Assembly: GCA_963765765.1 (NCBI GenBank)
Contig: CAVXYC010000015.1
Location: forward strand, 192,001 to 256,000
From: an uncultured Chloroflexia bacterium
Lineage (GTDB): Bacteria > Chloroflexota > UBA6077 > JACCZL01
Length of the DNA stretch: 64,000 bases
Direction: 5' to 3'
Position 1 is the first letter of the stretch, and each line of letters starts with the position of its first letter. The notes below the pieces were generated by a model, which had not been told where the DNA came from, made no database searches, and worked only from the letters and a program-made list of their open reading frames with translations. Below are positions 61,822 to 64,000 of the stretch, piece after piece. The position numbers and the translations under genes were made by a program.

Positions 61822-64000
61822 GTGCTTCTATTTGCACTGACAGTCGGTGTGCTGGCCGGCACCGCTCTGGGGCTTCTTGTCGCGCTACCGTTGCCCAGTC
61901 TCGGTGCCGTGGGACTAGCGATCTCGCTCATCACGTGCGGGCTGATAGTAGGCTGGCGCCATCCGCCGGTGCGGTGGGCCGGAGTCTTACTTCTGACGGC
62001 TTTGATCACCGGGATTCGCGTGCAGATGGACCGCGCCCAGATAGACGCTTCTACACTGCCGTCCGACACTCGAGCCATGCGAGGAACCGTGGCTGACGTT
62101 CCCCACTCAGTTGGCCGAGCGGCCGCGTTTGTGTTGGATGTCGAGGGAACGATGTCCAGCGACCAATGGGAGAACCGCCCCGGACGCATCGAGGCGAGGA
62201 CCTTTGGCTGGGTCCCTGCAGAGGGTGATCGCGTGGAGATTACCGGCGAGCCCCGACTCCTGGTGGACCAGCCCGGTGCTCCGCGCGCCACAATCTTGCG
62301 TCGGCAGCGCGTAACGCAAGATGTACAGGTTGAACGTTTGCAGCTCCTAAGTGGGGCTCCAAGCAGGCCAGGCGGATTCAACCCTCGCGATATCCGCGTA
62401 TGGATGGAGCAACGTCTCTATGAACACCTCAATGCTCCGCAGGCAGCGCTCACTGCCGGGTTGTTGCTCGGAAGCCGCTCAGATCTTTCGCCTGAGTTAA
62501 GGACGCAGTTCTCCAGGACGGGCACCAGTCATATTGTGGCGGTCTCGGGCTTCAATGTCGTGATAGTGGCCGGCTTCATTACCGTAGCAGCGCGCCACTT
62601 CCTTGGTGTCCGCGGGAGTGCACTGGTGGCCATGCTCGCGGTAGTGGGCTATACCTTGATCGTCGGTGCACCAGCTTCTGCTGTGCGAGCTGCCATCATG
62701 GCCGGTGTCGTCCTCACTGCCAGGATCGTCGGCAGGCCCACCGACTCGATGAACAGTTTGCTGGTAGCGGGCGCCAGTATGGCTCTGCTGGAGCCACTCG
62801 TTCTTCAGGACCTTGGGTTCCAGCTCTCGATGCTGGCGACGGCCGGGCTCATCTTGCTTGTTCCCGCGGTGCCGATTGGTCGCGGCTGGCGGCGGGAGCT
62901 GTTCGGTCTAGTTATGACGCCATTGGCTGCTCAGCTCGCGACTCTGCCGCTGGTTCTGCATACATTCCATTCTCTGTCGCTCATTTCGCTTCTGGCGAAC
63001 GTCCTGGTGGCTCCGCTTGTTCCGATCGCAATGGCTGCTGGTACTACCCTCATTGTGACCTCCGGAGTGGAGCTCGTGGCCGTACCTGTAGCCTGGTTGA
63101 CCTGGCTGGCGTGCACGGCTGTCATCGAGGTGGTGCGTTTTTGTGCCAGTCTTCCCGGGGCCTGGCTTGCCACTGGAGCATTTCCAGTGATGGCAATGCT
63201 CAGCTGCTATGCAGTTCTTCTGCTCTGGGTGATTGTGCATTCCCCGGAGCTTCGACATGCGGAACGGATGCGCCCCTGGCTCCGTGCTGCCATTCCCACC
63301 ACTCTCGCATTGACCATCGTTAATCTAACTGTCCCAGCGCGAGCTTCAAACGAGCTCATGGGGGAGATGCTGAACGTCGGCAATGTCATGATGGCCACCT
63401 CACCATCGGGAAAGATGCTTGTTGTGGGGACCGACATATCACCCACAGTGCTCACGGCTGCGCTTGCAGAGAGACTGCCATTCTGGAAGCGAACGGTCGA
63501 CGTAGTGGTCCTCAGCGAGGATTCGCCGGCTGCCTGGCGGGGCCTAGAGGCTATCGCGTCGCAATACCAGGTGGAGGTTCTCGTTACGGGAGGCGGCTCG
63601 GTCTCGGAGCTCCCGGTCGGCGTGACCCGCGTGGTCGAGGCGGTTGACGGCAGTCGATTGGATCTAGGCGACGAAACAGTCCTGAAGATTCTTCCACACA
63701 CAGTTGACAATCGAAGTCGCAACCGCTTGGTGCCGTTTACCCTCGCTTTTGGTCTCACTGGAGTGGAATTTCCGGCCAGCGATTCGACGGCAATCTCGTC
63801 CACCCCTCGTGGATGGCTGACGGTGGTCCGCGACTCTTCGTCAGCAGCCGATGCGCGCGGCCTCGCCACAACGCGGATACGCTGGGATAAGGCAGCGGAT
63901 CGATCTACGATGAATGGCGGCGTGGACCTCATTCCTCGGAACGACGGGCCTATCAGCTTCAAGTCAGACGGTCAACGCATTACGGTCAACTGGATCGGGT
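61822..64000 (+). CDS. comEC: ComEC/Rec2 DNA uptake channel, partial (runs off the window)
   Basis: Frame from GTG 61822 appears open to the window end (absent from the ORF track): TGTSHIVAVSGFNV, ASAVRAAIM, DLGFQLS, ANVLVAP. Confidence 0.9.
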   Translation, partial: MLLFALTVGVLAGTALGLLVALPLPSLGAVGLAISLITCGLIVGWRHPPVRWAGVLLLTALITGIRVQMDRAQIDASTLPSDTRAMRGTVADVPHSVGRAAAFVLDVEGTMSSDQWENRPGRIEARTFGWVPAEGDRVEITGEPRLLVDQPGAPRATILRRQRVTQDVQVERLQLLSGAPSRPGGFNPRDIRVWMEQRLYEHLNAPQAALTAGLLLGSRSDLSPELRTQFSRTGTSHIVAVSGFNVVIVAGFITVAARHFLGVRGSALVAMLAVVGYTLIVGAPASAVRAAIMAGVVLTARIVGRPTDSMNSLLVAGASMALLEPLVLQDLGFQLSMLATAGLILLVPAVPIGRGWRRELFGLVMTPLAAQLATLPLVLHTFHSLSLISLLANVLVAPLVPIAMAAGTTLIVTSGVELVAVPVAWLTWLACTAVIEVVRFCASLPGAWLATGAFPVMAMLSCYAVLLLWVIVHSPELRHAERMRPWLRAAIPTTLALTIVNLTVPARASNELMGEMLNVGNVMMATSPSGKMLVVGTDISPTVLTAALAERLPFWKRTVDVVVLSEDSPAAWRGLEAIASQYQVEVLVTGGGSVSELPVGVTRVVEAVDGSRLDLGDETVLKILPHTVDNRSRNRLVPFTLAFGLTGVEFPASDSTAISSTPRGWLTVVRDSSSAADARGLATTRIRWDKAADRSTMNGGVDLIPRNDGPISFKSDGQRITVNWIG

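Noticed and set aside
61788-63962. Minus-strand ORFs at the window end
   Set aside because: They are antisense shadows of comEC, which the ORF track missed because it has no stop in the window.
1-64000. CRISPR array, tRNA, rRNA, prophage or defence system
   Set aside because: No spaced direct repeats, cloverleafs, rRNA motifs, phage genes or recognisable defence genes were found by eye.

Overview
This is a GC-rich bacterial chromosomal window. The gene style (N-terminally extended YvcK, several single-barrel MetE-like paralogues) suggests Chloroflexota, but that is inference. About 20 single-base frameshifts in otherwise intact genes point to long-read consensus errors. The accessory stretch at 5.7-29.8 kb holds: a methyltransferase/GT2/YqcI-YcgG/DUF1989 operon; galK-galE divergent from a GT-glf-(GH1-RmlD fusion)-GH2 cluster; an MBL hydrolase; a Co-type nitrile hydratase operon; yqhA; a selenocysteine formate dehydrogenase-FeS-NrfD operon; and yihY. 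Five of its transcription units share a sigma54-like GG-N10-GC motif. Beyond it lie patB, gnd-zwf-HAD, a two-component system divergent from htpX, lhr-nei, a stand-alone ribA followed by a truncated WD40 (ToxC-like) gene, and a complete ISAs1-family IS with an A5G5 slippage site (a broken second copy is at 11.4 kb). The window ends with an FMN-riboswitch riboflavin operon, plsY/gpsA, yvcK, secG and comEA-comEC. No rRNA, tRNA or CRISPR array was seen.
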